From: an uncultured Actinomycetes bacterium
GTDB taxonomy: Bacteria > Actinomycetota > Thermoleophilia > Gaiellales > Gaiellaceae
DNA: 64,000 nt
NCBI GenBank assembly: GCA_963733845.1
Contig: CAVTEM010000007.1
Location: forward strand, 420,763 to 484,762
Direction of reading: 5' to 3'
Shown here: positions 11,056 through 21,732 of the stretch, piece by piece
Numbering within the stretch: the stretch's first letter is position 1
How the letters are laid out: each line of letters begins with the position of its first letter
Notes under the pieces: model-generated
Told to the model about the DNA's origin: nothing
Seen by the model: only the letters and a program-made list of their open reading frames with translations
Database searches by the model: none
Position numbers and translations under genes: made by a program

Positions 11056-11843
11056 ATGGGCGTCAACGACAACCTCACGGCGTTTCTCGAGCTGCTCGCG
11101 TGCCCATCGTGCCGCGGCACGCTCACCGCCGAGCCCACGCGGCTGCGCTGCCGGAGATGCGAGCTCGACTTCCCGTTCGAGCACGGTGTGCCGGTCCTCG
11201 AGCTGGCCGAGGAACCCGCGCGCGAACCGTCGGCGCTCGGACGCCTCCACTACGCCCTACTCGGCAACCCGCGCGTCTACGAGCTCCAGCAGAGATACGG
11301 CGGCGGTCGGCCGATCGCAGCGCAGGTGGAGCCACAGTTACGCGAGGTCGGCGACTCGACCCTGCTCGACATCGGGGCGGGAACCGGGATGGTGGCCGGC
11401 CTGCTTCCAACTGAGGCCCGGTACGTCTGGTTCGACAACGACCGGCTGAAGCTCCGAGGCCTGCTCTCGAAGAAGATCGACTGCTGGGCGGCGCTCGGCG
11501 ACGCCGCGCGGCTTCCTTTCTCCTCGGAGGTCGCCGACTGGACCGTCATGGTCGAGGTGTCGCACCACCTGCCGACGAAGCGCTCCGCGCCTGCCTCGAG
11601 GAGGCGGCGCGCGTGACGCGTCACCGTTTCGTCTTCGTCGACGCCCTCCGCAGCGATCGGCTGCGCAGCAAGATGCTCTGGCAGCTCGACCTCGGACGCT
11701 TCCCTCGCAGCGAGGAAGAGCTCCTGGCCGAGCTCGACGCTCGATTCGAGCTCGAGAAGGTCGAACGCTTTCGTGTGAACCACGACCATCTGCTCTGCGT
11801 CTGCATCCCGCGGGGAGAGCGGCACCTATCCTCCGCGCGGTGA
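11056..11843 (+). CDS. SAM-dependent methyltransferase with N-terminal CPxC..CxxC zinc-ribbon (one frame switch)
   Basis: The ATG lies 3 nt after the previous stop. The gene reads MGVNDNLTAFLELLACPSCRGTLTAEPTRLRCRRCELDFPFEHGVPVLE and TLLDIGAGTGMVAGLL (motif I). There is a switch near 11575 into ORF 11613..11843: RHRFVFVDALRSDRLRSKMLWQLDLGRFPRSEEELLAEL. The stop overlaps the next start (GTGA at 11840). Confidence 0.7.
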
Positions 11844-12694
11844 CGACCGTGCCCGCCGCAGCGCGTCGCACGCCCCAGGGCGCGCTCGCCTGTCCGGTCT
11901 GCGACTCGCCGGCCCCGCGTGAACACCGGTTCGGCGACGTGGTCCTGCACCGCTGCCCGGACTGCGATCACTGCTTCACGGACGTGGCCTCGCTGGAACA
12001 CCTCGGCAGCTACGACCGCGAGTGGGAGGCGCTGCACGAGAACTGGTTCGCGAACCCGAACGTCTCCCTGTTCGAGCTGATCGAGGAGACGATCGCGGGC
12101 CACAAGCCGGAAGCCACCGTGATCGATATCGGCGCCGGCCGCGGCGAGCTCCTGAGCCACCTGCGCCGACACAACCCCCGCCTCGGCCTGACCGGGCTCG
12201 ACGCCTCGCTTCAGCCCGAGATTCGAGGTGTCGAGGTCATCCGTGCGGACATCAACGACGTTGACCTCGGCGATCGCAGCTGGGACGTGGCCGTCACGCT
12301 CGCGACGATCGAGCACCTCGCAGACGTCAGGACGTTCGCCGCGCGGCTGCGCTCCATCATCGTCCCGGGTGGGCTCGCGATCGTCACCACGAACAACGAG
12401 CGAAGCATCACCTACGACATCGCCCGCCTGTTCCGGAGGATGGGCTACGGCGTGGCCTTCGAGCGCCTGTACGACCGGCACCACCTGAACCACTTCAACC
12501 TGAGATCGCTCAGGAGGCTGATGGAACGCAGCGGGTTCCGCCCGCTCCGCCTGCACAGGCACAACATCCCCCTCGCCGCAGTCGACATGCCCAACGAGTC
12601 CGCGTTTCTCAGGCTCGGCGTCGGGGGTACGTTCGTCGTCGGACGGCTGACCGGCCGAACCTTCTTCCAAACTCTGATCGTCGAGAATCCGTGA
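11840..12694 (+). CDS. SAM-dependent methyltransferase with N-terminal double CxxC zinc-ribbon
   Basis: Intact 284-aa ORF. It reads ACPVCDSPAPREHRFGDVVLHRCPDCDHCF, then VIDIGAGRGELLSHL (motif I) and WDVAVTLATIEHLADVRTFAARLRSIIVPGGLAIVTT. Confidence 0.8.
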   Translation: MTTVPAAARRTPQGALACPVCDSPAPREHRFGDVVLHRCPDCDHCFTDVASLEHLGSYDREWEALHENWFANPNVSLFELIEETIAGHKPEATVIDIGAGRGELLSHLRRHNPRLGLTGLDASLQPEIRGVEVIRADINDVDLGDRSWDVAVTLATIEHLADVRTFAARLRSIIVPGGLAIVTTNNERSITYDIARLFRRMGYGVAFERLYDRHHLNHFNLRSLRRLMERSGFRPLRLHRHNIPLAAVDMPNESAFLRLGVGGTFVVGRLTGRTFFQTLIVENP

Positions 12695-12716
12695 GACCGA
12701 CGAGAAGGAGAACGCC

Positions 12717-13682
12717 GTGAGAGCGCTCGTGACCGGATGCGCGGGCTTCATCGGCTCGCAGCTCACAGAGTCTCTGCTGCAGGACGGCCACGAAGTCGTG
12801 GGGGTCGACGGCCTGATCGACACCTACGACACGGACGTCAAGCTCGGCAACCTCGACCGCGCTAAGGAGTTCGCGGCGTTCTCGTTCGTCGAGGCCGACC
12901 TCACGAATGCGCGCCTCGAGCCGCTGGTCGAAGACTGCGAGGTGATCTTCCACCTGGCGGCCGAACCGGGTGTGCGGACGAGCTGGGGGGAACGCTTCGA
13001 GTCCTATGCGAGGAACAACGTCCTCGCGACGCAGCGTGTGCTCGAGGCTGCGAAGCAGTTGCCGGGAAGGCGCATCGTGTTCGCTTCGTCGTCGTCCATC
13101 TACGGTGATGCCGAGCAGCTTCCGACCCCCGAGGACGTGCATCCGCGACCGTTTTCGCCGTACGGCGTGACCAAGCTCGCCGCCGAGCACCTGTGCGCGC
13201 TGTACCAGGGCAACTACGGGGTCGAGACGGTCGCATTGCGCTACTTCTCGACCTACGGGCCACGTCAGCGGCCCGACATGGCATTTCATCGGTTCTGCCG
13301 AGCCGCTCTGCGCGGCGAGCCGCTGACGGTCTTCGGAAGCGGTGAGCAGACCCGAGACTTCACGTTCGTGGCCGATGTGGTCGCCGCGACGAGGGCTGCC
13401 GCGACCTCGCCGGCGGCCGGCGGTGGGGTCTACAACATCGGAGGCGGATCGCGCGTCAGCGTCAACGAGGCGCTCGAGCTGATCGGGTCGTACGCGGGGC
13501 GGCCACTCGAAATTCGCCGGCTCGAGTCGGAGAAGGGAGACGTCAACAACACCGGCGCCGACACCTCGCGAGCGCGGCGAGACCTCGGCTTCAGCCCGAC
13601 GACCTCGGTGGCGGAAGGATTGCGGGCCGAGTACGAATGGATGCGCGCCCGCGAGCGCGACCTGGTGCGCGCGAGCACCTGA
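12717..13682 (+). CDS. NAD-dependent epimerase/dehydratase (extended SDR)
   Basis: Intact 321-aa ORF. It reads MRALVTGCAGFIGSQLTESLL (GxxGxxG), FASSSSIYG, SPYGVTKLAAEHL (YxxxK) and GSGEQTRDFTFVADVV. Confidence 0.85.
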   Translation: MRALVTGCAGFIGSQLTESLLQDGHEVVGVDGLIDTYDTDVKLGNLDRAKEFAAFSFVEADLTNARLEPLVEDCEVIFHLAAEPGVRTSWGERFESYARNNVLATQRVLEAAKQLPGRRIVFASSSSIYGDAEQLPTPEDVHPRPFSPYGVTKLAAEHLCALYQGNYGVETVALRYFSTYGPRQRPDMAFHRFCRAALRGEPLTVFGSGEQTRDFTFVADVVAATRAAATSPAAGGGVYNIGGGSRVSVNEALELIGSYAGRPLEIRRLESEKGDVNNTGADTSRARRDLGFSPTTSVAEGLRAEYEWMRARERDLVRAST

Positions 13683-13725
13683 GCCGCGGCCTCCAACCGC
13701 CTACGCGCGCTGTACTCTCGCCGCG

Positions 13726-14139
13726 ATGGCCGAGGAACGGGCGCCACAAACCGTCGAGGCGGAGCAACTCCTCGCCGGCCTGAAGGAACGGGTCGAGGAG
13801 GAGCGCGCAGCCGGCGCGTATGCCGACGACCTCTCCGCGTTCGAGCTACAGAAGCCGGGCCCGGAGGAAGCTCCGGGCGCCCGCGTGCGGTTCCGGCCCG
13901 AGCTCGGCTTCTCGTCGAAGCGCGGTGATCGGGCGGCCGATCACGGGGTCAAGCGCCTGCTGCTGCGGCTGCAGTTCTACGTCTTCGACGATCTCGCGAA
14001 GCAGGCCGACGAGGCGATCGCACGCGTCGAGCAGAAGCTCGCGGTCGAGGTCGCGAATCGCGAGCGGCTGGAGAGCAGGATCGCCGAGCTGGAGGACACC
14101 CTCCGTCGGCTCGAAGAGCCTCAGCGGCGCGCCAGGTAG
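13726..14139 (+). CDS. Small coiled-coil protein, unknown function
   Basis: 137-aa ORF with strongly G/C-biased third codon positions. The C-terminal heptad-like stretch is IARVEQKLAVEVANRERLESRIAELEDTLRRLEE. The 3' end overlaps the convergent FkbM-like gene by about 19 nt. Confidence 0.5.
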   Translation: MAEERAPQTVEAEQLLAGLKERVEEERAAGAYADDLSAFELQKPGPEEAPGARVRFRPELGFSSKRGDRAADHGVKRLLLRLQFYVFDDLAKQADEAIARVEQKLAVEVANRERLESRIAELEDTLRRLEEPQRRAR

Positions 14140-15135
14140 AGCATCCAGTCCTCGCCGACCTGGCGCGTCAGGAGCTCATCGACCGTGACGTCCTTGACCT
14201 CGGGCTCGACGTCGATGTAGCGCAGCCGGAAGCCGGCTTCCTGGATCAGGGACAGGAAGCCGCGCGGATCCTCGTAGCGCGCGACGTTGAGCTCGAGCAG
14301 GAGGACGATCTCGGGGTTGTCGGCGATCGTCCTGCTCCATCCCCCGCCAGACGCTCTCCTCGGCCCCTTCCACGTCGATCTTGATCAGGTCGACCCGCGG
14401 CCAGTCGGCCGTCAACGCGTCGATCGTCGTGGACTCGACCTCGACCACCTCGTCGGTCGGGCCGGCCTCCTCCGAGAGGCGCGCATTCAGGCTCCGGTGC
14501 GCCGGGATGACCAGCTGGAGCTTCTCCCCGGCCTTGTCCGACGCGGCCTGCTGCGCGACGACGACGCCCGGGAACCCGTTGACGTCGAGCGTCTCCCGCA
14601 GCAACTCGGCGAGCCGGGGCGTCGGCTCGACCGGCACCACGCGGCCCTCGGGGCCGACCGCGTCTGCCATGACCAGCGTGTAGTAGCCGTGGTTCGCACC
14701 GACGTCGAGGCAGTGCCAGCCCGGCCGGAGCGTGCGCGCGAGGGTGGTCGTGATCCACGACTCCCAGTACCCGTTCATCGCGAGATGCGGGGTGATGCCC
14801 GTCTCCTGTGCGTCCGCGTACACGAGGTACTTCCCGAGGACGCGACACAGAACGGTGTGGTCACCGAGGTACACGGCCCGCGATTCCTGGCGAGACACGA
14901 CCTCGAGCAACTGACGGTCCAGGATGTGCGCCGGCAGCGTGCCCGGCGCCTCGGCGGTCGGGTCTGGCGGTGTCTCGACGGCGCTCGGCACGCCGTTTGG
15001 GCTGGGCTGCAGCAGGCGCAACGTGCGGCGCCGAGCGGCTCCGAGGACGCGTCGAATCGGCGTGGGAATGGCTTGGTGTCTGGGCCCGGCGATGGTGTGC
15101 CAGACTGTATGCGATGCCTCCGGCGACTGCTCCAA
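14121..15135 (-). CDS. FkbM-family-like methyltransferase (one frame switch; start uncertain)
   Basis: ORF 14176..15135 reads GITPHLAMNGYWESWITTTLARTLRPGWHCLDVGANHGYYTLVMADAVGPEGRVVPVEPTPRLAELL..RVDLIKIDVEGAEESVWRGM. After about 14331 an extra base breaks the frame. Skipping it gives MEQTIADNPEIVLLLELNVARYEDPRGFLSLIQEAGFRLRYIDVEPEVKDVTVDELLTRQVGEDWMLYLARR, ending at the TGA at 14121-14123. Confidence 0.7.
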
Positions 15136-16122
15136 AGCCGCTCGGTGAGCGCTGAGAGCGCTCCCGCACGCTCCTTCAAGGGCAGCGTGCGGTCACTTGC
15201 GAAGAAGCTTGCTTGGCCGCTCAGGCGCTTCTTCGATCCGCGCTTCACGGCCGTCCTGCAGGAGGTCGACGCGGTCAAGAGGATCGTGGCCGCGGACGCA
15301 GCGGCCGCCACCGAGACCACGATGTTCCTCGGCCGCTCGCTCGACGTCGTCCGGGCCCAGGTCGAGGAGCACGCCCGCGTGCTGGAGCAGCTTCATCGGC
15401 AGCTCGCCTTCGACCCGGATTCCCCGCATTCGGCGGAGGAGATCGACGCCAACACCGCGCGCGTCCTCAACTACGCGTCGAGCCACGAGGGCTTCGCCGC
15501 GCAGGCGAATCTGTGGTTCAACCCGGCGCTCCTGGTCGCCTACGAGCCGCGGCAGGTCGAGCTGCGCTGGGTGAACGAGCGCATCGTCGAGGTGCCCTAT
15601 GCCTTTCGCGCGCTCTCCGGCCTCGATCGAGGCGCGAAGGTGCTGGACGTCGGCGCGACCGAGAGCACCGTGTGCCTCTCGCTCGCGACGCTCGGCTACG
15701 ACGTGACCGCGGTCGACCCCCGTCCGAACCCGCTCTCGCACGAGCGGCTTCAGGTGGTCACGGCGCGCATCGAGGAATGGGAGGCCGAGACGCAGTTCGA
15801 CGCGGTCGTCTGCCTGTCCACGATCGAGCACATCGGCACGGCCTCCTACGAGCAGGACCCGAGCGGCGAGCGACTCGACCTGCAGGCGATGAACAGGATG
15901 CGCGACCTGACCCGACCGGGCGGAGTGCTCGTGCTGACCACCGCGGTGAGCGGTAAGGCGACCGTCGGCGAGGGCGGCCGGATCTACGACCGCGCCGGGC
16001 TCGACGAGCTCATCGAGGGCTGGGACGTCTCCGACCTGACACTCATCCAGCGACAAGGCGCGACGAACTGGCTCGCCGTCGACCGAGCCGATCGAAGACC
16101 TGGACCCCGAGGCCGAGACGGT
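15109..16122 (+). CDS. SAM-dependent methyltransferase with coiled N-terminal region (ends approximate)
   Basis: Within ORF 14287..16608: LRRFFDPRFTAVLQEVDAVKRIV..VEEHARVLEQLHRQL, then WVNERIVEVPYAFRAL..AKVLDVGATESTVCLSLATLGYDVTAVDPRP..FDAVVCLSTIEHIG..LTRPGGVLVLTT. No in-frame stop precedes the next gene. A TGA in another frame forms an ATGA overlap with the ATG at 16121, so there is probably a terminal frame switch. Confidence 0.65.
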
Positions 16123-17343
16123 GGCGATGATCACCGCGACCAGGACGCGCCGACTGACAATCCGGCTCCTCTTCGACATCCAGGCACTGCAGAACCCGTG
16201 GTCGGCCGAGCGGGGCATCGGTCGTCACGTACACGAGCTCGCGCTCGCGCTCGGGCGCTGGCATGCGGAGCTCGAGCCCTGGTTCGTGCTCAACCCCGAG
16301 CTGCCCGTCACCGAGTCCATCGAGCGGCTCAGCGAATACGGCCGCGTCGTCCCATCCGACGACTCCGACCTCCCGAGCAAGGCGATCTATCACGTTCCGT
16401 CCCCGCTCGAGCCCGTATCGATCGACCGCCTGTGGCCGCCGAGGCTTCGCTCCTCGGCGCTCGTGGTGACGCTCCACGACCTGATCCCCGGCGTCTTCCC
16501 CGACGAGAACATGCCCGATCCGGCGGTCCGGCGCTTCTACTGGGCCAGGCTCGAGCTGCTTCGCCAGGCCGAGCTCGTCCTGAGCGTGTCCCAGGCGACC
16601 GCGGATGACGCTGTACGGCTGCTCGGCACGCGACCGGACAGGCTCGTCGTCACGGGCGGCGGCGTCTCGGACGAGTTCTCGCCGCCGGAGAGCCGAACCG
16701 CTGCCCAAGCGGCGCTGCGCCGCCTTCGACCGGCGATCGAGGGCGAGTTCCTGCTCTACACGGGGGGCATGGACTACCGCAAGAACGTGGGCGGCTTGCT
16801 CTCCGCGTACGCCGGCCTTCCGGACGAGCTGCGCGGTCGATACAAGCTGGTGGTGGTCGGGCGCCTCGGCCTCGAAGACCCCCTCGGGCCGTTCGCGGCT
16901 CAGGCCGACTCGCTCGGCATCTCGGACCGGGTGGTCTTCACGGGATACGTCCCGGACGAGGAGCTGGTCCTGCTCTACCAGGCTGCGACCCTGTTCGTGT
17001 TCCCCTCCCTCTACGAAGGCTTCGGCCTCCCGGTTGTCGAGGCGCTGGCCTGCGGCGCCCCGGCGATCGTCGGCCGGAACTCATCGCTGGTCGAGCTGAC
17101 CGACGAGGAGGACGCGCTCTTCGACGCGGCCGATCCCGAGTCGATCCGCGCCGCACTCGTCCGAGCGCTCACCGACGACGAGCTCCTGGAGCGGCTGCGA
17201 CGACCCGCCATCCGGGATCGCTTCTCCTGGCGGATGATCGCCGAGCGGACGGCGGATGCCTACGATCAGCGTGGTTCGTCTCCGGCGAACCTCAAGCGCT
17301 GGTTGACGGGCGAGCGGGCTACGATCCCGCGGATGTGGCCTGA
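16121..17343 (+). CDS. GT4 glycosyltransferase (3' end uncertain)
   Basis: MAMITATRTRRLTIRLLFDIQALQNPWSAERGIGRHVHELALAL..VVTLHDLIP..FLLYTGGMDYRKNVGGLL..LVVVG..VVFTGYVPDEELVLLYQAATLFVFPSLYEGFGLPVVEALACGAPAIVG carries the E-x7-E motif. The reading frame stays open to 17806, so the stop is probably lost to a frame error. Confidence 0.8.
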
Positions 17344-17423
17344 AGGCGGGGGGACGAGCTCGGCGGCGGTCGCGGCGCCCGAGGCGGCTCGACGAAGAGA
17401 GTCCGGCGCCGGAGCTCTCCGTC

Positions 17424-18559
17424 GTGATGCCGTGCCTGAACGAGGCGCGCACGATCGGGATCTGCATCCGCAAGGCGCAGGAGTCGTTCGAGCGCATCGG
17501 GATCTCCGGCGAGGTCGTGGTGGCCGACAACGGCTCGACCGACGGCTCCCAGCAGATCGCCGAGGAGCTCGGCGCCCGCGTCGTGCCCGTGGAGAGGCGC
17601 GGGTACGGCGCCGCGCTAACGGGCGGGATCGCCGCCGCCCGCGGTCGCTGGGTGATCATGGGCGACGCCGACGACAGCTACGACTTCAGCGCCCTCGAGC
17701 CGTTCGTCGAGCGGCTGCGGGAGGGCTACGACCTGGTCGCCGGCAACCGCTTCAAGGGCGGGATCCATCCCGAGGCCATGCCCTGGCTGCACCGGCGGCT
17801 CGGTAATCCTGCGCTCTCGTTCATCGGCCGGAGGCTGTACGGGACGGCCTGCGGTGACATCTACTGCGGCCTCCGCGGCTTCGACCGCGAGAAGATCGCG
17901 CGCGCTCGACGTCCGCTCGACCGGGATGGAGTTCGCGATCGAGATGATCGTCAAGGCGACGATGCAGGGCCTTCGCGTGACCGAGGTGCCGACGACGCTC
18001 TCGCCCGACGCCGAAGGACGCGTGCCCCACCTCAACACCTGGCGGGACGGCTGGAAGTCGCTCCGGCTGCTGATGCTCTACAGCCCCAGGTGGCTCTTCC
18101 TCTATCCGGGGCTCTTCCTTCTTCGTCTTCGGCCTCGCCGGGATGGTCTGGCTGATCCCCGGTGAGCGCGCGATCGGCGGCGTCGGGTTCGACGTGAGCA
18201 CGCTGCTCTACTTCGCGCTCGCCGTCATCGTCGGGCTGCAGGCCGATCTTCTTCTTCCTGACGGCGCGCTGGTTCGGGATCAGCGAGGGCCTGCTGCCCG
18301 AGGATCCGCTCATTCGCCGGATCGTGGAGAGACCCCGTCGCCTCGAGTGGGCGCTCCTGATCGGCCTGCTGCTCGTCGCGTCCGGCGCTCGGCCTCTCGC
18401 TGTACGCCGTCGCCACCTGGAACAGCGCCGGCTTCGGGCCGTCTCGACTACCCCGACACGCTGCGCATCGTCATCCCCGGAGCAACGCTGATCGCCTGCG
18501 GGATGCAGACGGCATTGTCCGCGCTCTTCCTCGGCGTGCTCGGGCTTCGGCGTCGGTGA
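17424..18559 (+). CDS. GT2 glycosyltransferase with C-terminal TM domain (DPM1/GtrB-like; frame-disrupted; true start probably upstream)
   Basis: ELSVVMPCLNEARTIGICI..VVVADNGSTDGSQQIAEELGARVV..WVIMGDADDSYDF..LVAGNRFKGG (ORF 17424..18155) is followed by STGMEFAIEMIVKATMQGLRVTEVPTTL (ORF 17854..18165). TM segments follow, MVWLIPG..LLYFALAVIVGLQ and ..IVIPGATLIACGMQTALSALFLGVLGLRRR, ending at 18559 (ORF 18143..18559). Confidence 0.75.
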
Positions 18560-18572
18560 AGGACCGGGCGGG

Positions 18573-20556
18573 GTGGCGGCGACGCGCGAGAAGCAGGAGC
18601 GCGGCTCGGCTCGCGGACGTCGGCCCGCCTCCCCACGCGCCTCGCTCTGGCGGCTGGTCGCCGGACTGATTCCCTTCGCCGTTGCGTTCGCGGTCTACCT
18701 GTTCGTCTTCCTCGATGATGCAGCCCGGTGCGACCGGTGACGAGCCGCACTACCTGATCACCGCCGAGAGCATCGCCTTCGACGGCGACGTCGATCTCAC
18801 CAACGACTACACGAGCCAAGAGCGGGTGCTCCGGATGGTGAACGTGTTCCCGCTCGGGCCCGATGCCGGGGTCTACAAGGAATCCGGCGAGCTGCGGCCG
18901 ATCCGCGGCGTCGGACTGCCTGCGGTGCTCGCGCCCGGAGTCGCTCTCGGCGGGCTGACGGGAGCGCGCCTCGTGATGGTGCTCATCGCGGCGCTGCTGG
19001 CCGATCAGCTCTACCGCCTGCTTCGAGACCTCCGGCTCCGACGGCGATATCGAGTGCTGGCCTGGGCAGCAGCGATCTTCTGCCTCCCGGTCGTCCTCTT
19101 CTCGAGCCAGATCTATCCCGAGCTCGCCGGCGCGTTGCTGGTCGTCGTCGCCTTACGAGTGATGATCGTCGGCGCTTCGTAGGTTGCCGCACTCGTGCTG
19201 GCTCGGCCGCCGCTGCCGCCCTCGTCTGGCTCCACGTGCGCTATGTCCCGCTCTCGGTCGGGATCTTCTTCGGGCTCCTCCTCGCCGCGTGCGTCCACGG
19301 CTGGAGCCCGGCTAGCCGAGGCCGTGGCCTCAGGGGCACGCTCCGGGCGGCGCGCGCGCTCGTCGTTCGCTGCGCCACCGTCCTCGTCAAGCGCTGGCGC
19401 ACGTCGACGCTGCCGGTCGTCGCTCCATATGCCGTCGGCTTCGTGTTGCTCGCCGTCGCCTTCGAGCACTGGTACGGGAGCCCCGATCTCCACGCCTCGT
19501 ACGAGGCGTACGGAAGTCCCGCCGTCGGGACCGGCCACTGGGACTTCTGGTACCACTTCGCGCTGAGGGACATCCTCGATCCCGTCGTCGGCTGGATCCC
19601 CTTCGCGCCGGTTCACTGGCTCGGATTCGCCGGCCTCGGCTGCCTCGTCGTCATGTTCGGCTGGCCCGCGGCCGGGGCCATCGCCGTGGCCGCCGGCTAC
19701 GAGCTGCTCATCTCGAGCGTCGGGACCGGCGTCGGCTTCGGCCTGCCCGCGCGCTATCCGATGATCGTCGTTCCGCTCATCGCCGTCCCACTGGCGGTCG
19801 TGATCCAGAAGATCCGGGTGGCGCGGCTGATGTTCGTTCCGCTCCTGGCCGTCTCGCTCGTCTTCGCCGTCGCGGCCGCGCGCGAACTTCGCACAGTTGT
19901 ATCCCGGCGACGTTCAGCGGATCGTCGGACTGCGCAGCACGGCCCCGGCTTTCCCGGAGCTGGCCGGCGTTCAGGCGCCGGTGTCCTTCACCCTGGCGCC
20001 GGACGCGTCGCCGGCGCCGCAGACGGGGAGGCTCGAAGGAGACGAGGTCGTCGCAAGGGCGCGTCGAGACGGCGCCGGGTTCGTCCGGTTCGGGCCGTGG
20101 GTGGGGCTCAAGGCCGGCGCATACAGGCGACGTTCGCCCTGGCGGCCGAGGGGGTGCGCCCCAGCGCACCGGCCGCCACCGTCCAGATCATCGGTGCCGG
20201 AGCGAGCGGCATCGCACAGCAAGGAGCTCACCGGCCGCGAGCTGCGGTCGCGGCGGCCTCAAGAACATCGACATGAACTTCGCGACGCCGGGGGGTCGCT
20301 TCGTCGAAACACGCGTCTACTACCACGGCAGGGGCACGCTGCGTGTGGGCCCGATCACTGTCCAGGAGATCGCCGTGCCCCAGCCCGTGACGCACTACCG
20401 CGACTGGCCGCTGGTCTTCCTGTGGGTGGGCGGGACATTCCTCGTCGGCTGGTTGTTCGTCCAGGTCATGCTGCTGAGCCGCCAGCGACGCGCGAAGCGG
20501 CGACCGGCGTCGCGGGCTCAGGGCGTCCGGCGCTCCGAGAGCTCGCGCCGTCCTAG
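18573..20556 (+). CDS. Large polytopic membrane protein, GT-C-like (frame-disrupted as given)
   Basis: The GTG at 18573 opens ..LWRLVAGLIPFAVAFAVYLFVFL. A switch leads to MMQPGATGDEPHYLITAESIAFDGDVDLTNDY, an acidic DExxY-type first-loop motif like GT-C enzymes. Many TM segments follow in ORF 18682..19182 and ORF 19236..20276 (LPVVAPYAVGFVLLAVAF, WLGFAGLGCLVVMFGW, MIVVPLIAVPLAVVIQ, FVPLLAVSLVFAVAAA). A soluble region lies in ORF 19897..20556 and a final TM (WPLVFLWVGGTFLVGWLFVQVMLL) in the ORF 20273 frame. Confidence 0.6.
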
Positions 20557-20570
20557 GCTCCCGCCGCTCG

Positions 20571-21720
20571 ATGCACATCTGCCTCGTCTACGACCTGCTC
20601 TTGCCGTACACCATCGGCGGCGCGGAGCGCTGGTACCGCGACCTCGCCGAGCGTCTGGCCGCCGAGGGACATCGGGTCACCTACCTGACGCTGCGCCACT
20701 GGCCCGAAGGCGAGGTCGTGGAGGTGCCGGGGGTCGAGGTCGTAGCGGTCGGCCCCAGGCTCGAGTTCTACACCTCGAGCGGACGGAGGCGGATCGGGCC
20801 GGCACTTCGCTTCGGGCTGGGCGTCCTCCGCCATCTCATTCGCGCGGGCGGGCGGTATGACGTCGTCCATACCGCTTCGTTCCCCTACTTCTCGCTGCTC
20901 GCTGCCGCGGCTGGCCCGGCGACGACACGGTTCCGGATCGTCGTCGATTGGTTCGAGGTCTGGTCGAGCGAGTACTGGCGCGAGTACCTGGGACCGGTCG
21001 GTGGGCGCATCGGACTCGCGGTTCAGCGCCGCTGCATCCGCGTGCCGCACCAGCCTTTCTGCTTCTCGCAGCTGTTCGCACGACGGCTCCAGGAACAGGG
21101 CGTGCGCGGCGAGGTGACGGTGCTCGAGGGCATCTACGCAGGGCCGCCCGGCGCGCCGCCGGAGCCGGCCGAGCCGGTGGTCGTCTTCGCGGGGCGCCAC
21201 ATCCCCGAGAAACAGGCGACCGCACTGGTGCCGGCGATCGCTCGCGCCCGCGAGCGCGTGCCCGAGCTCCGAGGCGAGATCCTCGGCGACGGCCCCGCCC
21301 GACCCGAGGTGCTACGCCTGATCGCAGAGCACGGCCTCGAAGGCGCCGTGGAGGCGCCCGGGTTCGTGGACGAGGAGCGACTGCGCAGCACCGTTCGACG
21401 CGCGCTCTGCCTCGCGCTGCCGTCGAGGCGCGAGGGCTACGGCCTCGTGGTCGTCGAAGCGGCCGCGCTCGGCGTGCCGAGCGTGGTCGTGCGCGGCCCT
21501 GACAACGCCGCTACCGAGCTCGTCGAGGAAGGCGAGAACGGGGCGGTGGCCGACTCCGTCGAGCCCTCCGAGCTGGCGGCCGCGATCCTCCGCGTGCACG
21601 ACGGGGGGCCCCGCGCTGCGCGATTCGACCGCCGCCTGGTTCGACCGCAACGCCGACCGGCTCTCGCTCGATCGCTCGCTCGAGACCGTGCTGGCGGTCT
21701 ATGCGGGACGTGCGGGCTGA
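20571..21720 (+). CDS. GT4 glycosyltransferase (terminal frame switch)
   Basis: MHICLVYDLLLPYTIGGAERWYRDLAERLAAEGHRVTYLT..VVVFAGRHIPEKQ..LPSRREGYGLVVVEAAALGVPSVVV. After about 21610 the tail ALRDSTAAWFDRNADRLSLDRSLETVLAVYAGRAG is in another frame and ends at the TGA at 21718-21720. Confidence 0.8.
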
Positions 21721-21732
21721 GGCGGTCGCCTC

